This document shows positions 1 through 12,223 of a stretch of 64,000 nucleotides of DNA, one piece after another. The stretch spans positions 4,960,001-5,024,000 of the forward strand of contig JBHGNT010000014.1 of the NCBI GenBank assembly GCA_043228905.1, read 5' to 3'. Within the stretch, counting starts at the first letter, position 1; every line of letters starts with the position of its first letter. A program made the position numbers and the translations under genes. The notes below the pieces were generated by a model. That model saw only the letters and a list, made by a program, of their open reading frames with translations, was not told the origin of the DNA and did not search any database. This DNA comes from Azolla caroliniana. Lineage: Eukaryota; Plantae; Polypodiophyta.

Positions 1-746
1 GTTACGAAGTAACAACTCCCACCGATTCTCACGTTTTGCACCCGACCCCCACACATTCAAATGGATTAAATCGAGCTTGTTATAACTTTGATTACGCTCG
101 TTGGGGAATGGAAGTCAATGCTGCTTCCCGAGTTGACAATCTTGAGGCACTTGATTTTCCTTCCGACCTCCCATTCAACAAGGCTCTTCACCTTGAGAAA
201 ACAGGAGAAGACTTCGCTTTTCCTCTCGATCAAGCATGCCCATGTGTGCCGAGTGTAGTCATCGATGAAGGTTACGAAGTAACGACTCCCACCGATACTC
301 ACGTTCTACACCGACCCCCACACATCCAAATGGATTAAATTGAGCTTGTTATGGCTCCGATTATGCTTGTTGAGGAATGGAAGTCGGTGCTGCTTCCCAA
401 GTTGACATGCTTCGTAGACTTGACTGTTTTGTCCACTAAATTTCGGCAAACCGAAAACAATGTTCTTTATCTACATTTCTCGAAGCCGCGGGAAGTTGAC
501 GTGGCTGAATTGCTTGTGCCACAAGTCGATATCCGATTCAGCCTTCAGCCTTTTGGCGAACATTAGCGGTGCCAACATCGTTCGTTTTGAGGATAAACAT
601 CCTCCCTTCTTGACGTCCTTGCACGATGATATTGCCTTCTTCTTCGATGAAGCACCCATGGTGAGTGAATCGAACCAGCATTCCTTGGTCAATTATCTAT
701 CCGACTGACACCAAGTTTTTGGTGATTGACAAAACGTACAAGACGT

Positions 747-1744
747 TGTCGTGAAGATCCGTCACTACGCGCGGATCGTGAGGCGGAACCGTCGGGGTTC
801 TGGACCAGAAAGATTTTAGAGTCGATACAAGCTTTGGCGAGAAAGTACTTAAGATAGATTGGGAAAGAGAGAAGTTGAGATTACACGATTGATTTGAAAA
901 TGAATTTCTTCCTCTTAATTTTCATAAAAAAAAACCATCCTTTTTCTCCTCCCCCTTCCCTCTTTAATAGATGCTCTCATGCATATGATGCATGTGAGGG
1001 TACAAGACATGCATAAATTGCATGTTTGCCATTTGGCGCTTAAGTATTACATGTGGTGCATGCTAACCATGTCACTCATTTTAGCTCTCATGTATGAGAA
1101 TTTACATGTAAAAGTACAATGATAGAAATATAATTTCAACTAAATACCATGGCTTAATGGTAAGCCATTTGCCTCCTAACGTGGAGGTGCAAGGTTTGAA
1201 TCCATACTTGCCCTCCTTGTATATGTAAATATGTATATATATTTATATATTTATTTTATCTAGTCGCCGGTTCGCCGGATACCAGTGCCTCGCCGGATGT
1301 CGACGCCGTCGCCGGATACCGGTGCCGCAGTCGGATTGCCGTCGGATCACCGGCTCCATCGCCGGTCCGGTTTTGGTTGGCCAAAACCCTTTTCGAGTAG
1401 CTAGCCACCTCCACTCTAAGTTCAAGTTACCTTGAACTCTCTATGCTCCACACATAGACACAAAGATAATATCTTTTGCTCCACCTTATATATGATGAGA
1501 GCCGTATTTGTCGTGCCTATGTGGGATATCTCACAATTTTCTCTTTTCTTTTCACAAACTTTATACCCTCATATCTTGACATTTAGTTGTCCATTTCTCG
1601 TGTAATAAAGTGCATTCGAAACCTCCATCATTTTGTACTTAGATATTAAAAATGTTATCTTCACAATTATTGTATTACGTGATTCATACTCGATTTCGTA
1701 CATTTTATGGGATTTTCACACTATTGCCAAAAATCTTCACGACA
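747..1744 (-). mobile_element. Solo LTR (gypsy-type, related to elements A/B), 4-bp TSD ACGT
   Basis: TGTCGTG...CACGACA termini; ACGT at 743-746 and 1745-1748; host copia frame restored on removal; left end resembles the U5 ends of elements A and B, which gives the orientation. Confidence 0.85.
1143..1215 (+). other. tRNA-like Pol III A/B-box module inside solo LTR
   Basis: TGGCTTAATGGTAAGCCA (A box with TGGC/GCCA D-stem, 1150-1167) and GGTTTGAATCC (B box, 1193-1203) at tRNA spacing; acceptor stem not paired. Confidence 0.7.
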
Positions 1745-2160
1745 ACGTTCCTCATGATCCCTTTCTGGCCGACATGGCTCAATGGGACATCTCTGACATG
1801 TTCGATAGGGTGAGGAGTATCGTTGTCGGTTTCGACGACCATCGACTACTTCGACTTCTCAAGATAGGAGAACCATTCTTCATGGTTCATCATGTGGTTT
1901 GATGCGTCGGCGTCCACATACCACACCTCCTTTGATTTCGAGGTGCTCATCGCCATCGAGTTGGCTTTATGCTTCATTACAAAGGTCGGGCCCGTCCGGC
2001 TTGCCTTGAGCCTTCGACGTAGTGCAATCTTTAACGCCTATCTACGTCACCCCAACTCGATCTGGTTCTTTCGGAATCAAGGCTCTTCTTCCAACACTCA
2101 CTCTCTTTGTGGCCCTTCCAGCCACAGTACTAGCAATCCATCGCAGACTTTCCTTGCCGT

Positions 2161-2599
2161 TGTCCGGAATAGTACTAAGACAAAGAAGAAATTAGTACTA
2201 AGAGAGGAATATTAGTACTAAGAGGAATAGAGGGTGTAGAACACTCGAGAGAAGGAGAGAGAGTGTGTGTGAGAGTGAGAGTGAGAGATCGGGGGAGAGA
2301 AAATGATGATGACAACGATATATTATGTGAGAAGAATATACAAGGAAGGCTAGGAGGCTTAAGACCGGCGTTGAACCGATTTGGTTCGAAATAATGCCTT
2401 GTGCCTCCTTTTATAGTGTTCTTAGGAGTAATCCTGAAGCTTCTAGAATGTTCCCGAGAAATCTCGAATATACATTAATTTTCTATAGTAAAACTTAAAT
2501 AAAAATGATATTTTACATATCACAATAGATAGTGTAATGGTCAAGAGCTCGACCCATGTAACATAAGGTCACAAGTTTGAGTCTTTCCATATCATGACA
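2161..2599 (-). repeat. 3' LTR of the chromovirus
   Basis: TGTCATG...CCGGACA termini on minus strand, adjacent to PPT; TATA-like CTATAAAAG at about 2407-2415 (minus). Confidence 0.8.
2523..2593 (+). other. tRNA-like Pol III A/B-box module in chromovirus LTR
   Basis: TAGTGTAATGG (A box, 2530) and AGGTCACAAGTTTGAGTC (variable loop/B box) at tRNA spacing; degenerate. Confidence 0.55.
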
Positions 2600-3004
2600 C
2601 TATCCCTCCTTTAAAACGACGAGTGTCACAAGTCATTTTGGATTGAGGACCCGGTTTATTTAGATATTGACGATGGAAGTCTTCAAGAAGCGCACGAGCA
2701 TTGGTCACATTCTCTATTGGTTCCCAAGTACGTTCGCTGGGACTATATCCTAGCCAATCGACTAAATAGTAGAGCTTGTTGCGAACAATCTTGGAATTGA
2801 GGATGGCGGCAACCTCGTACTCAAGTCCATCTTCAAGTTGTATGGAGCTTGTGGAATACGTCTTGGAATGGTGCTGTCTTGATAGGGTTCGAGGAGAGAA
2901 CTATGAAACACTGGATGTATGCGAAGTTGTGGGGGTAGATCGAGACGAAAAGCGACATCATTAATCTTTTCGATAATACAGAAAGGACCTAATCGTCGAT
3001 AGTC

Positions 3005-3316
3005 TATTGAGAGATCAAGCTCAACTTAGTTTAGTTAGTTAGTCAACACATGTAACTTAGTAGTTACCTAGATAGAATCTAGTTAGTGTGTTGACCATCA
3101 AGCCTTAAATAGGATTTTGTACTCCAGTGGGATACATTGTAGATCCACCACTCCATGCTCATCTAATATAGGACTTACACATTGTACCTATATTCTCCTA
3201 GCACATGTGCACCCTTGCACATGAAACCTATATATACCTCATTGGAGGTATTTTTGTATTTGATGATGTTGAAGCTAATTTAATATACTTACTCATCCCC
3301 CATCTTGTGTCATTCA

Positions 3317-3352
<36 letters not shown>

Positions 3353-3451
3353 TCTCACACACATACACACATATCACTTAATCTTCCGCACTTAACTTAA
3401 TCACATAATTAGGTAATAATTATTCCTTAATTAATTACCTAATCCTTAACA
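3005..3451. mobile_element. Solo LTR inserted in chromovirus integrase, 5-bp TSD TAGTC
   Basis: TAGTC at 3000-3004 and 3452-3456; TATTG...TAACA termini; removal restores EKLDYRRLGP. Confidence 0.85.
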
Positions 3452-6056
3452 TAGTCCAACTTCTCGCATGGGCGAGTAGTTTGGATGTGTCGTCGTAGTA
3501 GCCATACCCGACCTCTAATGTTAAAACTAGATGGAAGCCGATGACGATCCGCGTAAACCTTGTGTGTTTGTTGAGCTTGTTGTAGATGAGTAGATAAATC
3601 TGCTTGTATCTTGCGTAACTGCTCCAAACGATCCTCTGCGCAAGGATTTGTGGGTAACTCTGGGGTTTCAAATACACACCACTGGGGGTGACAACATGTA
3701 TAAGCATAAAATGGCTTAACTTTAGTTGATGAGTGGAGCGAGTTATTATAGGCAAATTCAGCGAAGTGGAGAATATCTGCCCGGTCATCCTGATGATAGC
3801 TTAGAAAGCACCGAAGATGCTGCTCCAGCATTTGATTTATTCGTTCTACTTGGCCGTCGGTTTGCGGGTGGTAGCCGGAGGAGAGGTTACAAGTGACCTT
3901 GAGCATTTAAAAAAGATGCTTCCAGAATTTCGAGACGAATTGGGGTCCACGGTTACTAATGATATTATCAAGAAGGCCATGATGTCGACATACTTCACAC
4001 ATGAAAATTTCAGTGGTTTCTTCATTGGAGATTTCCTTAGTACATGGCAGGAAATGAGCCATCTTCATATATCGATCTACTACTATTAAAATCGCATTGA
4101 ATCCCTTAGAGACTAGAAGATTTGTGATGAAATCTAGAGCAATGGATTGCCATGGCTTGCTTGGAATTGGTAATGGTTCTAATAAACCATATGGATGATG
4201 CCTTGGCATTTTTGCTCTGGAACATGTATCACAAGTCCGAACAAAATCTTTGACAAATTGTCGCATACATGGCTACCAGAATGATCGTTGTACTAAATCT
4301 AATGTCTGAGTACTACCAAAATGCCCAACTTTATTCATGACAGTTTTGGACTACTTGATGGCAACAATAACCATTAGGAACATACAAGAGTTTCTTAAAG
4401 AATAGTAATCCATCATGACATTCGAATTGTCGATAGTACGTACCTAGTTGTTGCGACTGTGAACAAGATGCTCGAGAGGGATCAATTTGTGCTAGAATAG
4501 CTTGGGCGAAAGCATATGTCTTCAAGTCCTCACGTATGGTATCGATAACGTGGGAATCCAAGGGCATGCCGAAGACCTATGTTGCTTGTAGTCGTGTCGG
4601 TCCCAAAATTACTTACTTTTGGTTATCAAAAGTTGGCTCACTAGGACGCGGTGCTAGATACAAACGCCATGATAATGCATTTGCCTTCCCTTCGTGCTTC
4701 CCCAAACAATATGTAATTTTGAAGTCGAAACACGTGAGGAATTGGGGCCACTGGGCTTGATGTCGATTTAACACACAAGCACTCTGAAAGTAGGCAAGGT
4801 TTTTGTCATCACTGAATACAATGACTTGATAAGAGGACCCCTCTACAAAATGCCTCCATTGTGTCAAAGAGTCCACTATTGCTAATAGCTCCTTATCATG
4901 AATTTCATACTTGATTTCAGCGGCGTCAAACTTGCGTGAGTGGAAAGCCACAGGATGTAGCTTTTCATCGTTACCTTGTTGTGACAGAATGCTACCCAAT
5001 GCGAAATCCGTCGCGTCCGCTTCCATGATGAATGGTTTTTCCGGATCAACGTGAGCTAGAATAGGAGCTGATGTAAATGCCTTCTTAAGATTCTCAAAAG
5101 CCATGTCCGCTTCTTCAGACCAAACGAACGACTGTCCCTTCTTAGTAAGTTGTGTGAGAGGCAGAACAAGCTTTGAGTAAATCCTGTATAAACTTGCGGT
5201 AGAAATTGGCAAAGCCTAAAAAGCATTGCACATCTCGCAACGAACGCGGAGTTTGCCACTCTACCACCGTTTTGACCTTAGCTGGATCTATGGAGATGCC
5301 TTCTGAGGATATGACATAGCCTAGAAATTCCACCTGGTTGCACCCGAAACTACAATTTTCCAGCTTTGCATAAAGACCATGTTCTCGAAGTTGTTTTAGT
5401 ACTAACAGTACATGAGAATCATGCTCTTCTTGGGTCTTCGAATAAACCAGTAGATCATCCAAATAGATGATCAAACAAACATCCAAGAGATCTCGGAATA
5501 TATCATTTGCCATGTGTTGGAAGACTTTTGGCGCATTAGTGAGGCCGAACAGCATGACTGTATACTCGAAGTGCCCATATCTGGTGTGAAACGCGGTCTT
5601 CCATTCATCTCCTGGTCGGATCCGTAAGTCGATCTTAGTGAAGAACCTTGCACCATTGATCCGTTTTAAAAGACTTGAGATAAGGGGAAGTGCACACCTA
5701 TTTCTGATGGTGACCTTATTCAAGCCACGGTACTCTACAACGAGACAAAGTGATCCATCCTTTTTCTTGATGAAGAAAATGGGTGTGCTGGCTGGAGATT
5801 TCGAATGCCGAATGAAACCATTTTCCAAATTCTCCCCTATATAGGCTCAAATGACTTCTAGCTCGGTTGGTGACAAATTGTAGATCGGTCCCCATGGTGG
5901 CTCTTTTCTCGGTTGTAAATCAATGGGGCAATCATACGGTCGATGGTGAGGAAGCATATTGGCTCGTACTTTATCGAACACATCGGCATAATGATGATAC
6001 TTCTTTGGAAGTTGGATGGTGGACTCCTCTTTAGTGGTGTCTGAGGGTTTTACTGA

Positions 6057-6408
6057 TATTGTGTTGAGCGGCAAGCTCAACCGGAACCAGATCGGCTGAA
6101 TAAGCCTGAGCCGGTAAGCGAGATGAATCGGTATGCCGGTGAGCAACCGAGCTGGTAAGCAGTAAGGACCGGTGAGCTGGGCAGTCGGTATGCCGGATCC
6201 AATCCGTAACCGGAAGCCTAGTATAGGTTAGACTACTAGGCAGTTATAGTCTCGTAGTTAGTGTCAGATGCTCGTGTGAGCATTGAAGTACACCGTACTC
6301 CTAACAGTCCTGTGTGGACTTGTATAAATAGCGCTGATGAGCGCGTTGTAGATAGACAGAACATAGTGCATAGAGTATTCATATAATTTTAAAGAATAGT
6401 GTGTCTTG

Positions 6409-6445
<37 letters not shown>

Positions 6446-6526
6446 CCGTGTACTCTCTCTCTCTCTCTCTCTTTGTGTATTGTTTTTTCTAACGAAACAT
6501 TTCTTCCTTGCGTCCTTCTTCCCACA
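6057..6526. mobile_element. Solo LTR inserted in chromovirus protease-RT linker, 5-bp TSD ACTGA
   Basis: ACTGA at 6052-6056 and 6527-6531; TATTG...CACA termini; internal TATAAATA and (CT)n. Confidence 0.7.
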
Positions 6527-7239
6527 ACTGATGTAGCGAAATGGTTGCAATCTTATGAGTAGATCCTTAGGCTTGTCTATACCGAATTTCTCTTGTTCTC
6601 CAATCTATGTCTGGGTTATGTAATTCAAACCATGGTAATCCTAAAACAATGGGATGTTTTGGGATACTAATTATATTAAATGATACTACACACGCTAGAT
6701 TATCTAGGACAATATTAATGGGCTTTGACTGTTATATGATATTTTCGGAAGCAATGGAACGACCATCAATGACTCCTAACTTCGACTTCATATTACTTCG
6801 TCCGAGTCAGCTTCGGCTTCGGCCTCCAAACTATCCCCGGTTGCTAGCCGTTCTGGTTCCACTCCTTGTCCGTTTCATACCCTTAAGGGTAACAAGCTAT
6901 TGAGATTAATATTGATTCAGGTTACTCTCTGAGCCATACTATTGAGATTTCTATTGAGTCGGGATATTGCTTTGAGCTCTGCTATCAAGATTAAATCGGA
7001 AACGGCTCGGTTCAAGCCTAGACCGAGTCTCCAAACCGTTGTTAAACAGTTTGGCGGTTCGGTTCGGTTCGGTTAAGGCTTTCAGCTTCGTTAAACCCTC
7101 CTCTTTCTGTCTCTGTCTGTCTCTGTCTGTCTGTGTTGGAGGCTGCCCCCTCGCGCGAGCAAGAAACAGAGGCAGAGAGGCAGAAGCAGAGGCAGAGGCA
7201 AAGACTGAGACAGACAGACAGAGAGACATACAGAGGCAG

Positions 7240-10200
7240 ATGCCAAAGCGCAGGCAGCGCACCGGTTCTTCTCTCAAAAGCGGCGGCGGCGGCGGCGGCT
7301 ATGGTTCCGCAAAGAAGAAGCAGAAGGTTAAGCCTACCGACGATGATTTCTTCGAAGCTGGACCTGGCGGAGACGAGGAGCTCATCAGCAGCAGCAGCGG
7401 CGGTGACGACGACGACGATGATGAAGAGTATCATCTGTCGTCATCACGGAATGGCGCAAGGGAAATGGAAGAGAATGGAGAGGGGGCGGAAACCGAGACT
7501 GCCGATGAGAAACGCCTCAGAGTAGCCAAAGCTTACCTGGAAGAGATTAGAGCTTCTGTGAAAGGTTTGGATGAAGATAAGGATGGTGTCGATGGAGATA
7601 ATGTTGATGATGATGATGATGCCGATGAAGAAGCGAAACAGAAGGAGGCTTTAGGAGCTAGAGACTCTCTGGTTGCAGATCTTCTTCAACAAGCTCAGCT
7701 CGAAGAAGGCGGGAGAGTGCAGAGAAAATTGGCCTCCAGGTCTGGAATTTCTTCTCTTCTCATCTCACAGCTAGAAATTCATTGATTGAAAGATTGGTTG
7801 TCTGACTGAGACTTTTGCAGAGTAAAACTCTGCAAGCTCTCTAGCACACTTCATTTAGATTTAAGAAGTAGTAAGGATTTGGTGCAAGAATGCTCTATTG
7901 GTTGCAAATTAAAACATTGGAATTCTTTATTATGCTTTATTTGGGTTTGGAAGTTGGTAGTAATGAATTGGAGCAGGAATTCTTGATTTCTTAAACCTTT
8001 TCAAGCAAAAATATCCCATCATTTAGACTTCAGAAGTGGTGTTTAAGTTGGTTTATCCTTTGCAAGTTAAAAACTTTGTTCTTAATTATACTTCATTTAG
8101 GCTTCAGAAGTGGTCAGTTAAGTTTGTGCAAGAATGACTGATTGATTGAAATACTTGTGAAGTTTCTTACTTCTGCATTTAAGCATCAGAAGTGGTATGC
8201 TTCCCACTTCTGTTTCAATATTTTCCTTGAATTTCACTAGTATTGTAAGAACACATGCAGCTTCCTTTTTACTTTATAGTATATATAGTGTTTCCCCACT
8301 CTTTCCCAAATTTGCTAGCTAATTCTGCCGTTGATTTGGCATATATAGTTTATGTTTCTGTATTCTCTTGGAAACAATGTACTACAGGGAAATGAGAATT
8401 GTTTTCTTGATGCTGTTTTCTACACTGGGAAGTAGTGCTTCCTAAATGTCATAAATATTGGGATTCTGTTTTTTGAACTTCAGATTCAGCTGAACAGCAA
8501 GCTTGCTCTCTTTATATGTGGAGCTAAATGTTGCGAAACCATGATTTATTTTGTATGCACATGAAATAGCGGGTGAATAAACTTTGACATGATTATAAAC
8601 ATGTACCATTTCTCATCAACATTTCAGTGGGGTTGAAGAACCTCTAAACTCTGTCTTAAACAACATAAAATTTGGTCTACTCATAGAGAACCAAAATCGT
8701 GAAGGTTCTAGTCACCATGCCATTTTTCATCAGAGGATTCATTCTATGATCCAAATTTCATGATTTGACTCACTTGTACTGCATAGGTGTTTTGTCAATT
8801 TGAAGGACAAACTTACTGTTACATATTCATACTTTATACTGCTAACCTTAAAAGCCAAAATGCAGCAATGATGTAGAGCTTGTCACATGTAATACCTAAT
8901 ACAAAGTTCAAATATTCACTGTTGACTTTGAATTGGCAAATGTGTTCATTGAGAAACATGTTCATAACCTTTTTGTTAACTGATGGGCATGTCCAGCACT
9001 GAATTGGAAACACTGTGAACTTGAGGACAACCAAAGTTCAATCCTCTAATGTTTCAGAAAGTAAAATATGTTAACTAGAACCACATAAAGCAACCAAATG
9101 GTTGCACAATAATTATGCCTTTTACAATATTTACTGTATTATAAACTCCATTTGTGCAATTTTACGACTTTTCCACGTATTGCTGCTTCCACGATGACCA
9201 AAACATATAGAAAATCATTCTCCTAATTCTGTAAATTTCTTTTATGAATTCAATTTCAGAATTCTCAAACTATGTTTCCTAAGGATTTGCATTTATTTAT
9301 TTTGTTGTGATAACAGAGTAGTTGAACCAACTACACCATCAGAAGGCAAGAAAGTGGGAAGGAGGCATAGGCAACCAGTCACTGCAGTTGCCTTATCTGA
9401 GGATGATTCTAAAGGCTTTTCAGCATCAAAGGATGGGTTGATTGTACATTGGGATATTGAGACAGGAGCTAGTGATACGTACAACTGGCCTAGTAATGTA
9501 GCAAGTGGAAATAAAGTAGTGGTAGGTGCTAGAGGAAAGGTTAGGAAACCAAGTAGAAACATATTAGCTTTGGCGACAAGCTCCGATGGCAGATATTTGG
9601 CAACAGGTGGTTTAGATAGAATCATTCATCTATGGGATACACGGACTCGAGAACATCTTCAGGTTATTGCCTCAAAATTTAATATGTTATAGGACCGTTA
9701 GTTTGTGCAAGGTAAATTTTATTCAATCGATTTCCTTTCATACAGGCATTTCCTGGACATAGAGGAGCTGTTTCATCCCTCGTCTTCAGACAAGGAACAC
9801 AACAACTTATGTCTGCCTCATTTGATAGGACAATTAAATTATGGAGTGTAGAGGATAGGTCTTACATAGATACACTCTATGGTCATCAAAGTGAAGTTTT
9901 ATCGATTGATTGTCTGCGACAAGAGCGCGTGTTATCTGCAGGCAGGGATCACACTTTGCGCATCTGGAAGGTAAATCAAAATACTTTCTAGAATATTCTG
10001 GGAAAGGGATGAACTTTTTACCTTTCAAATTTGTTCTAGCCCAAGGAAGTTTGTACCTTAACCAGGGTCTTTATGCTTGGGACAATATCCTGTTGAGGCA
10101 AGAGTATGGATGTGATACTGAAGATGGGCTGATTGTGCATCTTACTGTTTTCTTCTCAGGTTAATGTATTTTCAGTCATCATTGCATTTGATGTGACTAC

Positions 10201-12223
10201 TTGTGTGAGCATGATGTGACATTATGGAATTTAAATAAGAGAAAGACATTCCCAAACTTTTGAAACAGAATGGATACAGTAACCATTTTAAGGATATATG
10301 CATAATGTACATGCATAATTACATATTTCAGACAGAATGCGCATAGGACTTCAATTGTAAAATGGGTTAAAGTAAAGCTGTTAAACTCAAACATATGGAT
10401 AAATGTTAAAAACACATTGACAAACTGAGAAACAAAAAAGACTAACAAAAACAGAGTGAATGAGAAAATTGTAGGAGATGCTTATGAATACTTATTCCAA
10501 AACTGTGCTCAAACTTTACATGATAACTGCTACTTAGCTGATGGCTTTGCAAAAACACAATGCTCACCACCTCTGCATGTAGTTAATACCATGCCCTGGA
10601 CTGTGCATAATTGCATATTCCTTCTGTATCATTATTAGGACTTCACCCTAGCATGATTCAAAGAAACATATACTCTCTTGTACAAACCCGTTATTGGTAG
10701 ATGCCAACCACTTTGCTTTGCTGCTTCATTTTGATGAATCCTTGGATCCTTAATCTCTAACCATTCCTCACAGAATCTTATTGTCTGTTGATGCTCTCCC
10801 ACTAAGAACCATATTTCTCTTCTACAACTGTTTCCCAATCTGGCATTATTTTCCATGCTACTGATTACTTAGGCTGACTGCCCTGGTTAATTATCCTCAT
10901 TTCCATAAGTTTTGGTACATTCTATTCATATATTTGTATGCAACAAACCAAGGGTTTCAATGCATGGATTTCATACTTCGGCTTGTCATCACCTCAATTG
11001 TAACAATTTCAACAATTTTGACATCAGTATAGGGATCATTTGATGATTCTTTAGGATTTCAGTCTCTGATATTGGTAGATGCTACCGTCCTAGCACTATT
11101 TTTATCTGCCGTTTCGGGCTCCAACACCATTCAGGGAAATGTTTCAATATTATTAATTATGAAATGTAATTTATATCTTCTTAATGGTTTCCAAGGAAAT
11201 CTACTAAACGCAATACATATGTCATGTGTGTTCTCTAGGTTCCAGATGAAACCCAATTGGTGTTTAGAGGGCATGCTGCTTCATTGGAATGCTGCTGTTT
11301 CTTGACAAATACTGAATTTTTGTCTGGCTCGGATGATGGTTGTGTGGCACTATGGAATGTCTTGAAGAAAAAACCTGTAACACTTATTAAAAATGCTCAC
11401 GGGCTTGTACACCAGGATAATGCTAAAAAATTGAGTGAAAACCAAAAGCAGATCAATTTGCCGGATGGCAGTAATTGCAATGGTACATAATTCTTCTGGC
11501 TTTTTTTATGAATTACACATAATTACACATTTGCATGCTATTTAAACTGAACCCATTTTATGAACTGTGTGGATGCTGAATCTTGAAGAATACCAGGCTC
11601 ATGAGTATGAGGATATTTGCAGGAAAAGGAAACGGTGTGGAGGATCAAATAAAGTCTGAAGCTCCAGTAAAAATGATCCCAGGAGTAGAAGCATGGGTTG
11701 GAGCATTGGCAGTTTGTAGAGGAAGTGATCTCGCAGCCTCCGGTGCGGGTGATGGAAAAGTTCAACTTTGGGCTCTTGAAGAAGATAATAAACATCTACG
11801 CGCATTACACAGTCTGCCAGTGGTAAAACTTATTTCTTGGGATGGCACATAGGAGTCAAAAAATAATAATTTGAGCATATTTGCTCATGCAGAATATTAG
11901 CGCTGTTGGAAAATTGTGTTTGAGAAGAATATTTGAGTACAGCAAGAAATCCAATTTCACTGACTGCCCCTCACATGTTTCTGCAGAATGGATTTGTCAA
12001 CTCACTGGCATTTGCAAAATCTGGCAAATTCTTGCTTGTTGGTCATGGACAGGTATATTTAATATATACAAAATATGTTCAGATAAATATGAATTATTCT
12101 TATTGGAAGACCAAACCTGATTTTTTATTGTGTATGATGTATTAGGAGCCTCGATTGGGTAGATGGGGACGAAATCCACTAGCTCGCAATGGGGTTGTTC
12201 TCCACTCTATTCTTCCTGCATGA
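7240..12223 (+). CDS. RRP9: U3 snoRNP-associated WD40 protein (RRP9/U3-55K, YAOZHE-like); exons 7240-7739, 9317-9662, 9746-9970, 11239-11482, 11623-11822, 11987-12052, 12146-12223
   Basis: Acidic N-terminus with ETADEKRLRVAKAYL, WD40 repeats, C-terminal GQEPRLGRW signature; all introns GT-AG with consistent phase. Confidence 0.93.

Larger units (their letters stand above)
1..2160 (-). mobile_element. Degenerate Ty1/copia retrotransposon remnant (gag zinc knuckle, protease, GAG-pre-integrase, integrase start), split by solo LTR 747-1744
   Basis: Minus-strand motifs C*YCGWKGHKESEC (about 2090-2140), WYVDADASNHM, LWHKQFSHVN, GGSRYFVTFIDDYTRHTW. Removing 747-1748 restores GIMRNVLYVLSITKNLVSVG. 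Same family as the copia elements at 50.5-64 kb. Confidence 0.9.
2161..6790 (-). mobile_element. Degenerate Ty3/gypsy chromovirus (Tcn1-like): protease C-half, RT, RNase H, integrase, chromodomain, PPT and 3' LTR; gag and 5' LTR missing
   Basis: IVLGLPWFELHNPDIDW (about 6600-6650), YLDD in RT ORF 5142-5828, EADATDFALG RNase H, GYHPQTDGQVER integrase, chromodomain [35 protein letters not shown] (about 2720-2825), PPT at about 2600-2616; frameshifts and stops. Confidence 0.92.

Noticed and set aside
1143-1215. Functional tRNA gene (Arg-CCT- or Val-AAC-like loop)
   Set aside because: Acceptor stem does not pair and the anticodon register is ambiguous; the same applies to the other LTR modules, so they are called tRNA-like only.
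2157-2160. CCGT flank of the chromovirus as a fifth ACGN target
   Set aside because: The other end is missing so the TSD cannot be verified, and the element is a different lineage.
7005-7018. TTGAACCGA as the self-priming PBS of the chromovirus
   Set aside because: Not preceded by an LTR end, gag is absent, and it lies among CGGTT repeats of the RRP9 promoter.
7849-8200. Four spaced copies of CATTTAGRCTTCAGAAGTGGT in RRP9 intron 1
   Set aside because: Degenerate, irregularly spaced, and the flanks are partly homologous: old local duplications with no clear snoRNA boxes.
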